Shown here: positions 1 to 9,779 of the stretch, in pieces
Layout of the letters: each line of letters opens with the position of its first letter
Numbering within the stretch: position 1 is the stretch's first letter
Origin: a virus
Taxonomy: Duplodnaviria > Caudoviricetes
Reading direction: 5' to 3' (one strand)
DNA: 64,000 bases
IMG/VR virus record: IMGVR_UViG_3300028048_000055
Coordinates: 101,062 to 165,061 of that record
Translations under genes and position numbers: made by a program
The notes under the pieces: model-generated
Seen by the model: only the letters and a program-made list of their open reading frames with translations
The model's database searches: none
What the model was told of the DNA's origin: nothing

Positions 1-66
1 CAGTAGGAGCTTATACACTTTTGTATATCTCTTGGCATAAGTAAGGATTTATAATAGAGGAATAAA

Positions 67-456
67 ATGAGAAATAAGTTTACACCAGAATTTATTAACG
101 ACCTTGACGATAACGAAGTATTTGTTTTCGGCAGTAACAAGGAAGGTATGCACATTGGCGGTGCTGCACATTTTGCAATGCAGAGATTTGGTGCAGAATG
201 GGGCAAGGGCGAAGGTCTCTATGGTCAGAGCTATGCTTTACCGACTATGGACGATGATGATCCGAATTGTATTAAACCTTATGCTGATAGATTTATTCAG
301 TTTGCTAAGGATCATAAGGAACTTACATTCTATGTCACTCCGGTTGGTTGTGGCATTGCTGGTTTTACACCTGAACAGATTGCACCATTCTTTAAAGATG
401 CCCTTGATATGGATAATGTTATTCTTCCAGAAAGTTTTGTTGAGGTTTTAGGCTAG
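67..456 (+). CDS. Macro-like phage protein (VFVFGSN...GGAA family, often fused to ADP-ribosylglycohydrolases)
   Basis: Motifs EVFVFGSNKEGMHIGGAA, GEGLYGQSYALPT, VTPVGCGIAG; SD GAGG upstream. Confidence 0.7.
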   Translation: MRNKFTPEFINDLDDNEVFVFGSNKEGMHIGGAAHFAMQRFGAEWGKGEGLYGQSYALPTMDDDDPNCIKPYADRFIQFAKDHKELTFYVTPVGCGIAGFTPEQIAPFFKDALDMDNVILPESFVEVLG

Positions 457-743
457 TGGAATTTAAATTAAAACCGATAGCACTTAGATGTAATATGTGC
501 TTCTGTCATTTTGAAAAGAAAAATGACGATTTTGAATATACTCAAGAAATTGTAGACAAGCGTTCAATGGGTAACGAAGTTTTACATTCTTGGGTTATTT
601 CATATCAGGAATGTCCAAAATGTGGGAAGAAGTATTTTGTATCAATCGAACAATATGAATACCCAGAAGGTTGTTTAAATTGGAAAGAAACACAAACAGA
701 TAGAGTTTCTATTACAAATGATGTTGAAGTAGAGGAAAATTAG
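456..743 (+). CDS. hypothetical zinc-ribbon protein
   Basis: Two CxxC pairs (CNMC, CPKC); GTG start overlaps previous stop. Confidence 0.55.
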   Translation: MEFKLKPIALRCNMCFCHFEKKNDDFEYTQEIVDKRSMGNEVLHSWVISYQECPKCGKKYFVSIEQYEYPEGCLNWKETQTDRVSITNDVEVEEN

Positions 744-744
744 T

Positions 745-978
745 ATGGCACAATATCATGTTGGTTGCGGAATGGCTGGAATTTATGCTGGCACTATCTC
801 TAAGCCTGGAATGTGGAAAGTTAAGAATGATGTAACAAATGAAGCACTTTGTGCAGTTGCTGATTATATGAAAGGTAAAATTACAGGCGATAATGATACT
901 TATGAAATTACATGGAAGCTTCCAGATAAGGACATTATATTATCTTTAACAGTCAAAAAGAAGAATGAGGAAAAATGA
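745..978 (+). CDS. hypothetical phage protein
   Basis: Tightly packed ORF; YHVGCG-x-AGIYAGT N-terminus. Confidence 0.6.
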   Translation: MAQYHVGCGMAGIYAGTISKPGMWKVKNDVTNEALCAVADYMKGKITGDNDTYEITWKLPDKDIILSLTVKKKNEEK

Positions 979-1229
979 TAGAACATAATGTTTTTATTGA
1001 ATGTGCATTAAATGCCAAAGCATATTATCAAGCTTATCGTGGTTTGTGCAGGATGCGTATCATTTTCGCAAAAGCCCTAATAGAAAATTGGGAAGAAACA
1101 TATGATCATCGTAGCACAAATTACGAGACCATGCAGCACCAAGTTTTATTCTGGACCAACGTATATCAATATTGGGAAAAGAAACTCGAAGAATCTTATA
1201 CTAGAGAAAAAGAATATCTGGGTGAATAA
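975..1229 (+). CDS. hypothetical protein
   Basis: Overlapping start/stop, SD GAGG. Confidence 0.55.
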   Translation: MIEHNVFIECALNAKAYYQAYRGLCRMRIIFAKALIENWEETYDHRSTNYETMQHQVLFWTNVYQYWEKKLEESYTREKEYLGE

Positions 1230-1471
1230 TGACACAAGAAGAATTCAAAGAGCTTTGTAAAACATATCTTCCAAATTGTCATTTTAAAGATGGCAATACT
1301 TGTGGATTACTCTGCTATGATGGTGGAGACGATATTTTTAACATCATAGTTGCACTTCTACCGAGAGGTGAATTTGCAGTTTATGATAGGTGGCGTGAAA
1401 TTACTGAAACATATGATATCGATTATGTAAAAGACTGGCTTGAACATTGTAGCTATAGGTATAAGAAATGA
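1229..1471 (+). CDS. hypothetical protein
   Basis: TAATG coupling. Confidence 0.55.
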   Translation: MTQEEFKELCKTYLPNCHFKDGNTCGLLCYDGGDDIFNIIVALLPRGEFAVYDRWREITETYDIDYVKDWLEHCSYRYKK

Positions 1472-1646
1472 CAGATAAAGAATTAATAGATGAACTAAAA
1501 ATACTTGAAACATTTTATGTTTTATATAATAGACCGATTTTACCGTTTAACATATTAAAGAGTAATTATGACAGCGAACGGAGCAAAACGTAGTAGAATA
1601 ATAGTAAACGAAATTGAAGAATGGCTTAAGGCTGAAAGGATAATGC

Positions 1647-2081
1647 ATGACTTTAGATGAAGCTATCCAACATTGCGAAGAAAGAGCATCCTGTGGCGAT
1701 AAATGTGGTCTGGAACATAAACAGCTAGCTGAATGGTTAAAAGAGCTCAGAACATATCGTATGAGCGATAAACGATATGTTTTATCTGAAGATGATTATA
1801 AAACGATGTGTAAGTCTCCAAAGTTTGATGACCAGTTATTTAGGTTGATTAATGACCTTGATGAAGAGATATTACCTGAAAATAGTAATAATTGCAGATA
1901 TACTATAGAATATTCTGGAATAAGTAAAAGCGGCAATCGCTTTAATGGACGAAAATTTACAAATGATTTAAATGAAGCCAATAATAAGATGGATTTCTAT
2001 ATGGATAATGAGTATGTCGATATGGTTTCTATCCAAGATGGCAAATATTCAATTAAATCTTTTACGAGGGGTTATGAATAA
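1647..2081 (+). CDS. hypothetical phage protein (MTLDEAIQHCEE...EHKQLAEWLKEL N-terminus)
   Basis: Common phage N-terminal motif; SD AAGGA. Confidence 0.6.
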   Translation: MTLDEAIQHCEERASCGDKCGLEHKQLAEWLKELRTYRMSDKRYVLSEDDYKTMCKSPKFDDQLFRLINDLDEEILPENSNNCRYTIEYSGISKSGNRFNGRKFTNDLNEANNKMDFYMDNEYVDMVSIQDGKYSIKSFTRGYE

Positions 2082-2284
2082 TGGAACATGATTTAAACTT
2101 TTGGAAAAAACTTGTTACTGATATGGTTATTCTTTTAGGAAATGATCCATATATGGTAGCAACTGCCATAGAAGGTTGGGTCAAGAAAATGGCAGATACT
2201 GAAGATGAAAAACGATTACTTGAGCTTAATGATGATGTTATGCATAGATTATTGTCTATTAAGCCGCATGAATGGAATGGATAA
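2081..2284 (+). CDS. hypothetical protein
   Basis: TAATG coupling on both sides. Confidence 0.55.
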   Translation: MEHDLNFWKKLVTDMVILLGNDPYMVATAIEGWVKKMADTEDEKRLLELNDDVMHRLLSIKPHEWNG

Positions 2285-2601
2285 TGAATAAATTATATCT
2301 TGTCAAACATACTGATATTGCATTAAAATCTGTTCAACGTGGTTTTACAGATACTTCCGATGTTTTTGAAAATCACACAAATCTTAGGATATTCAAAAAA
2401 CGAAAGAAAGCAGAAAAATATATTACTGATTGGTATAATAAATGGCCAGAACTTGGAACAGTAGTAAATGGCGGTGCTAGAATTAATGGTAAAAAAGAAT
2501 TTGATGGTAATTCCGCAAAAGTTGAATATTGTTTATTTGGACCAAAACCTACACAAGTAGCAGAATTTTATACATTGGAAGAAATTGATTATGACAAATA
2601 A
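2284..2601 (+). CDS. hypothetical protein
   Basis: TAATG coupling; start revised from 2272. Confidence 0.55.
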   Translation: MNKLYLVKHTDIALKSVQRGFTDTSDVFENHTNLRIFKKRKKAEKYITDWYNKWPELGTVVNGGARINGKKEFDGNSAKVEYCLFGPKPTQVAEFYTLEEIDYDK

Positions 2602-2740
2602 AGAATTACAAGAAAAGCTTGAAAAGTTTCCAGATGACATAGAAGTATGGAATTTTCTCGCAGATGTAGATATTGAAGATGTATATGAAAAAAATCATTA
2701 TAATTGTGGTGAATGGAAAACAGTTTTAATGATAGATTAG
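2591..2740 (+). CDS. small hypothetical protein (MTNKELQEKLEKFPDD)
   Basis: 49-aa ORF not in the track; fills the gap; typical phage N-terminus. Confidence 0.55.
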   Translation: MTNKELQEKLEKFPDDIEVWNFLADVDIEDVYEKNHYNCGEWKTVLMID

Positions 2741-2751
2741 AGGAGTAAAAT

Positions 2752-3060
2752 ATGACACTTGAAGAATTTAAAGCAATAGTAAGAAAACATACACGTTTAC
2801 CTTTGTCAAAGCTAGATGCATATGCAGAGGATGTATATAAGAATCCATGTTTTGAAGAATGGTTATGGGATGGAGAAGTTCCACAGATTGTAGCACTTCA
2901 TGATTTGCATACTATTACTTTTCAGACTGGTAATAGATTGTTGGAAGCTCGAGAAAAAGTTCTTGAAAAAATGCCTATGGATAAGGCAAAGATATTTATC
3001 GAAAATAAACTTAATGATTTCTTAGAAAGAGTCAACCTTCAAAAGAAGAATTTATTATGA
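2752..3060 (+). CDS. hypothetical protein
   Basis: SD GAGGAG. Confidence 0.6.
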   Translation: MTLEEFKAIVRKHTRLPLSKLDAYAEDVYKNPCFEEWLWDGEVPQIVALHDLHTITFQTGNRLLEAREKVLEKMPMDKAKIFIENKLNDFLERVNLQKKNLL

Positions 3061-3434
3061 CAAATGACCTTCAACATTTATTAAATCTTGTTATTGAAAA
3101 TACATTAGAAAAAGATATAGAAAATACAATATATAGACCAGTATGTACTGCATTATTAGCTAGGTTATATAAAGCTAATAAAAATATAAGTTTTTCTAAA
3201 GACATAACTAATGCGATAACTAAAATATTTGATTTAGATTTTACAGAAATCTACGAAAAAGAAGAATCTGATGGTTGTGACCGTATGTCAGATCTTGTTG
3301 CTTTTATGACAGATACTTTGGTTAATTTCTTTAAAGATAAAAAAGCAACTGTTCATTTTTGTAATATCATATCTTGTGATATAGAATCAAAAACAAAAAC
3401 ATGTAAAATTAGAGTCGACTATACAGAGCAGTAA
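3057..3434 (+). CDS. hypothetical protein, paralog of 6493..6852
   Basis: Shared YRPxCxALLAR, KNISFSKDIT, FFKDKKAT, RVDYTE. Confidence 0.7.
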   Translation: MTNDLQHLLNLVIENTLEKDIENTIYRPVCTALLARLYKANKNISFSKDITNAITKIFDLDFTEIYEKEESDGCDRMSDLVAFMTDTLVNFFKDKKATVHFCNIISCDIESKTKTCKIRVDYTEQ

Positions 3435-3439
3435 TATTT

Positions 3440-3841
3440 ATGAATAGTTATTATCGTAGTAAAATAACTGGTTTTATATCAAGAATCTCTGATAAGTTAT
3501 TAGAGAATTATATTGATTATAAAATTTATAGGTCAGTTTTTGGCATTGTTATAGAATATGATAGATATCGTATAATAATTGATCCTGATTGTAAGTATTA
3601 TCGACTTGAAATGCTTGACGAAGGTTTAAAATTACAAAAATGTTATAATTTTACTGATGTGATTGATTTTGTCAATACGGTTGATTATACATTTTATCAA
3701 ATTATTGAACATAGGTTTAAAGGAAGCTATTGGGAAGAATTAATGGGAATGTCAAAAATAATAAATTATAGATTACATAGACCATGGCTTCGTGAATTTA
3801 CGAAAACCAAGAAACTAGTTGAGGGTAAAGATAATGAATAA
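3440..3841 (+). CDS. hypothetical protein
   Basis: Packed ORF. Confidence 0.5.
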   Translation: MNSYYRSKITGFISRISDKLLENYIDYKIYRSVFGIVIEYDRYRIIIDPDCKYYRLEMLDEGLKLQKCYNFTDVIDFVNTVDYTFYQIIEHRFKGSYWEELMGMSKIINYRLHRPWLREFTKTKKLVEGKDNE

Positions 3842-4289
3842 TGATGTAGTATATTTTTCAGTAAATAATTGGTTTTGTGGAAGAGATTATCCACACGATA
3901 AACAATTTATTAAGTGACTTGGAAATGATTTAAAACAGACTTTCAGAGATGAAGAATGGGTTAAAGAAAATAAGCTTTGTGTTAGATATGGCTATATTGA
4001 CATGTCTCAAAATTATTGTGTTACTGCACCTAGAGAATGGGTTGAAAAGAATTGTCCTAAGCTATTAACCGATGATGAATATGAATACGACCTTATATCC
4101 AGTGATAAAGGCCGAGAAACATATAAAAAGAAATATTCAGAATTTGTTTATCAGCCAGATGAAGAAGGTAATCCTCCTGAAGATAAGTTCGGTTGGCCGT
4201 TCTTAGAATATTGTGATGAAAATATCGGTTGTGAGTATTATGAAGAACCTTATGAATCTGATTATGATGATGAGGAAGATGAAGAATGA
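3834..4289 (+). pseudogene. hypothetical protein interrupted by an in-frame TGA (3915-3917)
   Basis: ATG 3834 is in frame with track ORF 4002..4289; reads MNNDVVYFSVNNWFCGRDYPHDKQFIK*LGNDLKQTFRDEEWVKENKLCV. Confidence 0.6.
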
Positions 4290-4501
4290 AAATGAATTAT
4301 GCAGATTGGCTTAAAACCAAAGTAAAATATGACGGTAAGACTAAATGTTTTGTCGACGGTTGCGATAAGCCAGGATTATATGAAATGGGTGATGTCAGAT
4401 ATTGGTGTGGTGGTTGTGAAGAACATGCCAATATGAAAAGAGAATATCAATGGTATCTTAACTCTAATACAAAAGATCCAGAAATTTGTGGAACATGGTA
4501 A
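4286..4501 (+). CDS. hypothetical Cys-containing protein
   Basis: ATGA coupling. Confidence 0.5.
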   Translation: MKMNYADWLKTKVKYDGKTKCFVDGCDKPGLYEMGDVRYWCGGCEEHANMKREYQWYLNSNTKDPEICGTW

Positions 4502-4722
4502 AGGATAAATTAAACATGAATGAAATTCAGTTAGATGAAAATGAAGTTGAATTTTATAAAAGCGTACTAGCAGACATGATTCCATGGGATGATAAGAATT
4601 ATGATAAAAAGCTAGACGAGATGGCAAGAGGCTGTTTAAAAGCTGAAAAAGATCCAGACTTCATAGCAATGTGTGAAGAACACGATAGAATGATGGAAGA
4701 AGAGCTAAGAAAATCTACATAA
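4486..4722 (+). CDS. hypothetical protein
   Basis: Packed ORF; exact start uncertain. Confidence 0.45.
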   Translation: MWNMVKDKLNMNEIQLDENEVEFYKSVLADMIPWDDKNYDKKLDEMARGCLKAEKDPDFIAMCEEHDRMMEEELRKST

Positions 4723-4804
4723 GTTGTGTATATTTTATCAGATATTTTTTATTAGGATTTAATTATTATAGATATTTTCTATATTTAATAATGGGATTGT
4801 TACA

Positions 4805-4948
4805 ATGAAGTTAGTATCTATAAGATTTGAATCAGACATTAGTCTAACTCAATATATTAATACTAATAAGATTGCAAAGCGAAATATACAAAGCATTCTT
4901 TTTAATACAGATTGGAATGGGTATGTCTTATTTTACTGGGAGAAATAA
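4805..4948 (+). CDS. small hypothetical protein ending YVLFYWEK
   Basis: 47-aa ORF not in the track; resembles 40037..40213. Confidence 0.5.
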   Translation: MKLVSIRFESDISLTQYINTNKIAKRNIQSILFNTDWNGYVLFYWEK

Positions 4949-5008
4949 TGATATCTAAAGATGAAGTAGAAGAACTTAAACTTATAGTAATTCATAGAGA
5001 TTTATAAT

Positions 5009-5293
5009 ATGACAGAACCTTTATTATGTAGAACAGCAGACGGTAAAATGCATTGGACTACTCAAGCTGCGGGTAGACGAGATTGCCGTGATTTTAAAAC
5101 CTATTGTGGTCAACAAGTTGTTTCTGTTATCCATGAACCAATTACAGCAATGGGTTTTTATTTTAATCTTAATGACGAAGAAAAGAAACATATGAAGAAT
5201 GTCGAAAAGATTATGGAAGACTGGAACGGTGAATTGTGTCAAAAATGTCAAAATAAAAGATATGAAGAAGAACGTATGGCTTGGGGTTTTTAA
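5009..5293 (+). CDS. hypothetical protein
   Basis: Cys/His-containing ORF. Confidence 0.5.
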   Translation: MTEPLLCRTADGKMHWTTQAAGRRDCRDFKTYCGQQVVSVIHEPITAMGFYFNLNDEEKKHMKNVEKIMEDWNGELCQKCQNKRYEEERMAWGF

Positions 5294-5345
5294 TGAAAAT
5301 AGAAAATAATGAAACTTGTTATAATATAGAACAAAGGAACAAAAA

Positions 5346-5612
5346 ATGAAATTTCGTAATGGTAGTGAATTGTTTCAAATGCATGGTGGGCATTTTACGA
5401 TAATCCAGCTTTGGTTCGGACAACGGGTATTTGATATCAGTTACTACCCGCAACACACATTTCATTTCTGGTGTCATTCAAACGGCGCCATAAAAGGGAA
5501 AGACAATTGCCTTGACTTGAATTTATATATTCTTGGTTTTTTCTTTTCATATACTGATTACGGATATCATCGCTACAAAAAGGAAAATTATGACAGTAAA
5601 AGAATTACATAA
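5346..5612 (+). CDS. hypothetical protein
   Basis: SD AAGGA. Confidence 0.5.
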   Translation: MKFRNGSELFQMHGGHFTIIQLWFGQRVFDISYYPQHTFHFWCHSNGAIKGKDNCLDLNLYILGFFFSYTDYGYHRYKKENYDSKRIT

Positions 5613-5763
5613 AAAATTAGAAAAATATATTGACAAGGGTTTTGGTAATGTTGAATTAAAAACATCTGACCAAGGTGGAAATGATGGTGAAGTCTTAGGC
5701 GTTTATGACTATGATGATCCAAATGAAGATGATGGCAAGGTTGTAGTTATTGAGGTTGCATAA
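5590..5763 (+). CDS. hypothetical protein (MTVKEL)
   Basis: SD AAGGA; start revised. Confidence 0.55.
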   Translation: MTVKELHKKLEKYIDKGFGNVELKTSDQGGNDGEVLGVYDYDDPNEDDGKVVVIEVA

Positions 5764-5764
5764 T

Positions 5765-5950
5765 ATGTTTGCTTATAAAGATATGCCAGAAGATATAAAA
5801 ACGAAGATCAGTGAATTAAAACGAGAAAAACATTGTCTTGAATTTGATTTGACTTGTATGGGTATTATGAATTATGGTCCTATTATGAGACGATTAGACG
5901 AAGTTAATGCTGAACTTAAAAAACTGAAAGAAAAATATGAAAACGATTGA
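5765..5950 (+). CDS. hypothetical protein
   Basis: SD GAGG; start revised. Confidence 0.5.
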   Translation: MFAYKDMPEDIKTKISELKREKHCLEFDLTCMGIMNYGPIMRRLDEVNAELKKLKEKYEND

Positions 5951-6239
5951 TATATATGCTAATGGTCCAGAAATTACTTTTGAAACCATCGATGATTTAA
6001 AAGCAAATGAAAAGGTCAGAAAGACTTTATTTAATGACGATGGTTCTATAAAAGATATCTTTATTTCAGAAAATCCATATACAAAGAAAAATCCGCTTAA
6101 TCATAGATTTAGAAGAAAAAGGTGCCGGTGCAATAGAATTAGACAAAGCAGTAAAAAAGTCTTTCGAAGATCTTTATATACCAATGGCCGAAAAGAAATA
6201 GTATACTATGATATAATGGAGAATAAATATGACAGTTGA
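5937..6239 (+). pseudogene. probably chimeric ORF; 3' half is an out-of-frame copy of the 7343..7534 gene end
   Basis: 6107-6195 matches 7443-7531 with about 8 mismatches. Confidence 0.45.
6107..6195 (+). repeat. 89-nt imperfect direct repeat, copy 1 (copy 2 at 7443-7531)
   Basis: atttagaagaaaaaggYgcYggtgcaatagaattagacaaagcagtaaaaaag... at both positions. Confidence 0.85.
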
Positions 6240-6490
6240 AGAGATTAAAGCGAAAGGCTTAAAAGTATGGTATGTTAAAGATAAAAAATCTGGAAAATAC
6301 GTTTCTGTTAAACGTGACGGTAGTTATGAATTTGTGGACAATCCGTATATATTCTGCATGAGTTTAGAATGTTTACGTAACAGTTTAACAAAACCACATT
6401 TTTTTTTATTATAGCAGAGAAGATGGTAAAATAATTACTAATATAATAGCAACACCGATAATAAATGATATAGAAATTATAGAAGCATAA
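6229..6490 (+). pseudogene. hypothetical protein with an apparent +1 frameshift at T9 (6399-6407)
   Basis: Removing one T extends the ORF to TAA 6488-6490, abutting the next gene. Confidence 0.45.
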
Positions 6491-6492
6491 TT

Positions 6493-6852
6493 ATGAGCGC
6501 AAATACCGAATTGTTAAACCATATTATCGATAATACATTAGTAAAAGACGTAAAATCGCCAGTTTATCGACCGATTTGTATTGCGTTATTAGCCAGAACC
6601 TATCAAGCTTGTAAAAATATAAGCTTTTCTAAGGATATAACCCATGCGACAACAAATACGTTCGAAATCGATTTTTCTGACGCATATAAGTCGTCTGTCG
6701 ATGACACTATGCCTGAAATTGTCGCAATATTGACTAAAACATTGATTGATTTTTTCAAAGATAAGAAAGCGACTATACATTTCTGCAATTTTACGTTTTT
6801 CGATATTAATAAGAAACAATGTACACTCAGGGTGGATTATACAGAAGAATGA
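6493..6852 (+). CDS. hypothetical protein, paralog of 3057..3434
   Basis: Clear sequence similarity to 3057..3434. Confidence 0.7.
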   Translation: MSANTELLNHIIDNTLVKDVKSPVYRPICIALLARTYQACKNISFSKDITHATTNTFEIDFSDAYKSSVDDTMPEIVAILTKTLIDFFKDKKATIHFCNFTFFDINKKQCTLRVDYTEE

Positions 6853-7022
6853 CTCTAAAAGAAGTTGAAGAAAAAGTTCAAGAATATCAATGCATCCACT
6901 GCGGACAGTGCGAAAAAGACCTTCCGTGCCCGCAGGATTTAAAACGTTTCAAAATCTGGCAAGAATATTTCGATTCACTGGAGGAATCAAAATAACAATA
7001 GATTTAAAATAGGAATTGAATA

Positions 7023-7346
7023 ATGACATTAAAAGAACTTAAGAAGTTTATAAAGTCTATACCTAAGGAATATGATAATTGTGATATCAAGATGTTTCTT
7101 GATGAAGAACTAGGCTATGAAATGGACTTGGATAATCTTGTTGTCGTTCATAAGCCTAAGCTTGATCCAGCATATACTTATCCGTGTTGCATGTTTGATA
7201 AAGAAAAGAAAGAATTTGTATTTCTTGACGAAAAGGAACTCCGTTTTATAAGAGATTTCGAAGTCGAAGAATACAAGAGGGCAAAGACTGAAGACTATAA
7301 TCGTTATGGTTATGTAGAATCTTTTAAAGCGGAAGTTAAAGAATGA
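7023..7346 (+). CDS. hypothetical protein (MTLKEL)
   Basis: SD AGGA. Confidence 0.6.
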   Translation: MTLKELKKFIKSIPKEYDNCDIKMFLDEELGYEMDLDNLVVVHKPKLDPAYTYPCCMFDKEKKEFVFLDEKELRFIRDFEVEEYKRAKTEDYNRYGYVESFKAEVKE

Positions 7347-7534
7347 CAGAAAAAGAATTGAAAAAGTATTCGTATGAAGAACTTTTAAAAATGTATTGGC
7401 AGTTAAAAACAGAAATGGAAAGAAGAGGACTGTATGAGAAGTATTTAGAAGAAAAAGGCGCTGGTGCAATAGAATTAGACAAAGCAGTAAAAAAGGCTTT
7501 AGAAGATCTTTGTATACCGATGACCAAAAAGTAA
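7343..7534 (+). CDS. hypothetical protein
   Basis: ATGA coupling; source of the repeat at 6107. Confidence 0.55.
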   Translation: MTEKELKKYSYEELLKMYWQLKTEMERRGLYEKYLEEKGAGAIELDKAVKKALEDLCIPMTKK

Positions 7535-7691
7535 TGATACATTTAGAGGTGAACTATGCCAAAGAAACCTAAAATTAAAGAAGAATACCAATACAAATAT
7601 GAAAGATGCATGAAGATAAGTGAACTTATTAAAGAACTTCAGGCAGTTAAAAAGATATGTTAATAATTGATTATTAAAATAAGGAATTAAT

Positions 7692-8171
7692 ATGGAATGG
7701 ATTAAAATAGAAGACAGATTACCTGAAAAAGGTCAATATGTTCTTGTTACATTTAAAAGCGGTTTCGACAATAGACCAAGTTATGGACTTGAAATTGCCG
7801 AATATTATGGTAATAATTCATGGGCATTAACTGACGGTGAATATGATGTTGCCGGACCTGTTATCGCATGGCAGGAATTGCCAAAACCTTATATTGATCC
7901 CGAATTTAAGGATGCTAAGTTTAATACAATAGATAATCATTATTATCAAATGATAGTAGACGGAGAAGATAATTGGCCAGAAGATTATTATATGGTTCAA
8001 TATACTGGCACAGATGACGATAATAAAACATTTATACATAGAGATTATTATAGGACTGAAAAATTAGCATTGAATAGAGTAAGTGAACTTTATGATAATT
8101 GTAAAATTAAATATATTGCAGCTTATGCCTATGGTGGTAAAGAAATAAAAAGAATATCAAAACCGCAATAA
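7692..8171 (+). CDS. DUF551-like domain protein
   Basis: MEWIKIEDRLPE...VLV...VIAWQELPKP. Confidence 0.75.
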   Translation: MEWIKIEDRLPEKGQYVLVTFKSGFDNRPSYGLEIAEYYGNNSWALTDGEYDVAGPVIAWQELPKPYIDPEFKDAKFNTIDNHYYQMIVDGEDNWPEDYYMVQYTGTDDDNKTFIHRDYYRTEKLALNRVSELYDNCKIKYIAAYAYGGKEIKRISKPQ

Positions 8172-8251
8172 CAAATATTTAGAAAAATTTACAAACTTAA
8201 CCAAATTGGTTAAGTTTTTTCTATATTTAATACATATAAGCGAGAATTAAT

Positions 8252-8626
8252 ATGAGATTTCATGAATTAATCGGTTTAATCGACGATATTTTTACAAAAT
8301 ATAGAAAAGTAGAATGCACTCCGGATTCTGAATGGACTCCATATGTCTTCTATAAGAATCTGGATAATGTAAAAGAAGGTTATTCTGTCTATGTCGGTTC
8401 CAAGGGTTTAAAAGAAGAACTTGAGACTTTATTGCATCGTTGTGAAACAGAACAGAATTTTAAGTTCACAGATAAGCAATGGGAAACAATTTTCGGTTCA
8501 TTAGAAACAGCGAATAACCAAGATAATGACGATGATGCTTGGACAGATATAATGTTCAGAGCTAAATATAATTTTATCGAATGGGTAATACAATATACTG
8601 GTGCTCAACATGCACATATGTATTAG
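8252..8626 (+). CDS. hypothetical protein
   Basis: ORF downstream of a promoter-like TATATT. Confidence 0.55.
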   Translation: MRFHELIGLIDDIFTKYRKVECTPDSEWTPYVFYKNLDNVKEGYSVYVGSKGLKEELETLLHRCETEQNFKFTDKQWETIFGSLETANNQDNDDDAWTDIMFRAKYNFIEWVIQYTGAQHAHMY

Positions 8627-8636
8627 GAAAACCAAA

Positions 8637-8876
8637 ATGAATGATATACATGTCGTAATAACGCAAGATAAAAATGCACCATGTAATAGTTATACTGGTC
8701 TAGATTATTATTTCTTTGACAATGAAATTTTAGCATTAGATTGGTTAAATGAGTATAAGAAAAATAATCCAGTAGGTCATTATTGTGAATATCAAAAGTG
8801 GAGTATAATAAAATTTGCTACTTGGGTTGCAAAAAGTATAAAAGAATTACATTTACATAATAATATGAGGTGGTAA
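8637..8876 (+). CDS. hypothetical protein
   Basis: SD AGGA; start revised. Confidence 0.5.
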   Translation: MNDIHVVITQDKNAPCNSYTGLDYYFFDNEILALDWLNEYKKNNPVGHYCEYQKWSIIKFATWVAKSIKELHLHNNMRW

Positions 8877-8879
8877 TAA

Positions 8880-9224
8880 ATGTGTAAATTTTGTGATTGT
8901 ACAAAAGAAATAAAGCATAAAAGAAAGGATGGAACTGAAATACATTATAGTTCCGAAGTAAAAGTAAATCATGCTGTTTGTATGTATGATTCAGATTCAT
9001 ATATAGAGAAAGAAAAAGAGTTTGAAAAAGATGAATTGGATAACTGGTATGATTATACTAGCAAGAATTCTTCTAATGAAGGATTCTATATAGTAGATGG
9101 CGATATGCTTGGTTGTGCTCTTGAAGGTGGTTGTACTGCTACTGTCATGAAAATAAAGAATTGCCCGATTTGTAATAAAGAGCTTAAACATATTGAACCT
9201 AAATTTGTAAAAAATGAAGCGTAG
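8880..9224 (+). CDS. hypothetical zinc-binding protein (MCKFC...CPIC)
   Basis: Terminal CxxC pairs; SD GAGGTG. Confidence 0.65.
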   Translation: MCKFCDCTKEIKHKRKDGTEIHYSSEVKVNHAVCMYDSDSYIEKEKEFEKDELDNWYDYTSKNSSNEGFYIVDGDMLGCALEGGCTATVMKIKNCPICNKELKHIEPKFVKNEA

Positions 9225-9480
9225 AATAAGTTTTGGAAATGCATGCCATTTTATACATATGATGGCTATGAAAGATTTAGATAAATATGATAAACCAAAT
9301 GCTGTGGCATCTGTATTCTTTATGGATGATTATTATCATTCTTTTAAAAAACTTACAAGTCCAGTAAAACATGTTGTATTATATGGCGAAGATTCTACCG
9401 AAGAAAAAGCACTTGATGCATTAACAAAACAACTTGAAGACTTTCTTAAAGAACCTGTGCTTACAAATAGAAATTATTAA
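9214..9480 (+). CDS. hypothetical protein
   Basis: Packed ORF. Confidence 0.5.
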   Translation: MKRRISFGNACHFIHMMAMKDLDKYDKPNAVASVFFMDDYYHSFKKLTSPVKHVVLYGEDSTEEKALDALTKQLEDFLKEPVLTNRNY

Positions 9481-9489
9481 AGGTTAAAT

Positions 9490-9774
9490 ATGCGACATGT
9501 ATTAAAATCTGTTGATCCATTATGGGAAGCTAGACTTGTAGAAGATATTGTCAGACATGGTAAAGGCGATATTGAAATAAGAGAGGATGAAAATGACCAT
9601 TCTCCTATTGTATATAGTAAAAAAGCACAAAGAGGTATTCATCTGGAATCTATAGTTGAAGTATGGCCAGTTGATAGTATAGCAGAAAATATAATAGACC
9701 TTTTTAATAGTGCTATCGAAGCTGAAAACTATCTAGCAGGTCTTGATCATGTATTAGACGATTTAAAGGAATAA
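9490..9774 (+). CDS. hypothetical protein
   Basis: SD AAGG. Confidence 0.55.
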   Translation: MRHVLKSVDPLWEARLVEDIVRHGKGDIEIREDENDHSPIVYSKKAQRGIHLESIVEVWPVDSIAENIIDLFNSAIEAENYLAGLDHVLDDLKE

Positions 9775-9779
9775 AAATT

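Noticed and set aside
1468-1650. Possible frameshifted ORF
   Set aside because: Two short overlapping frames are visible, but no homology evidence supports joining them.
6107-7531. Diversity-generating retroelement TR/VR pair
   Set aside because: Mismatches are not confined to adenines and no reverse transcriptase is present in the window.
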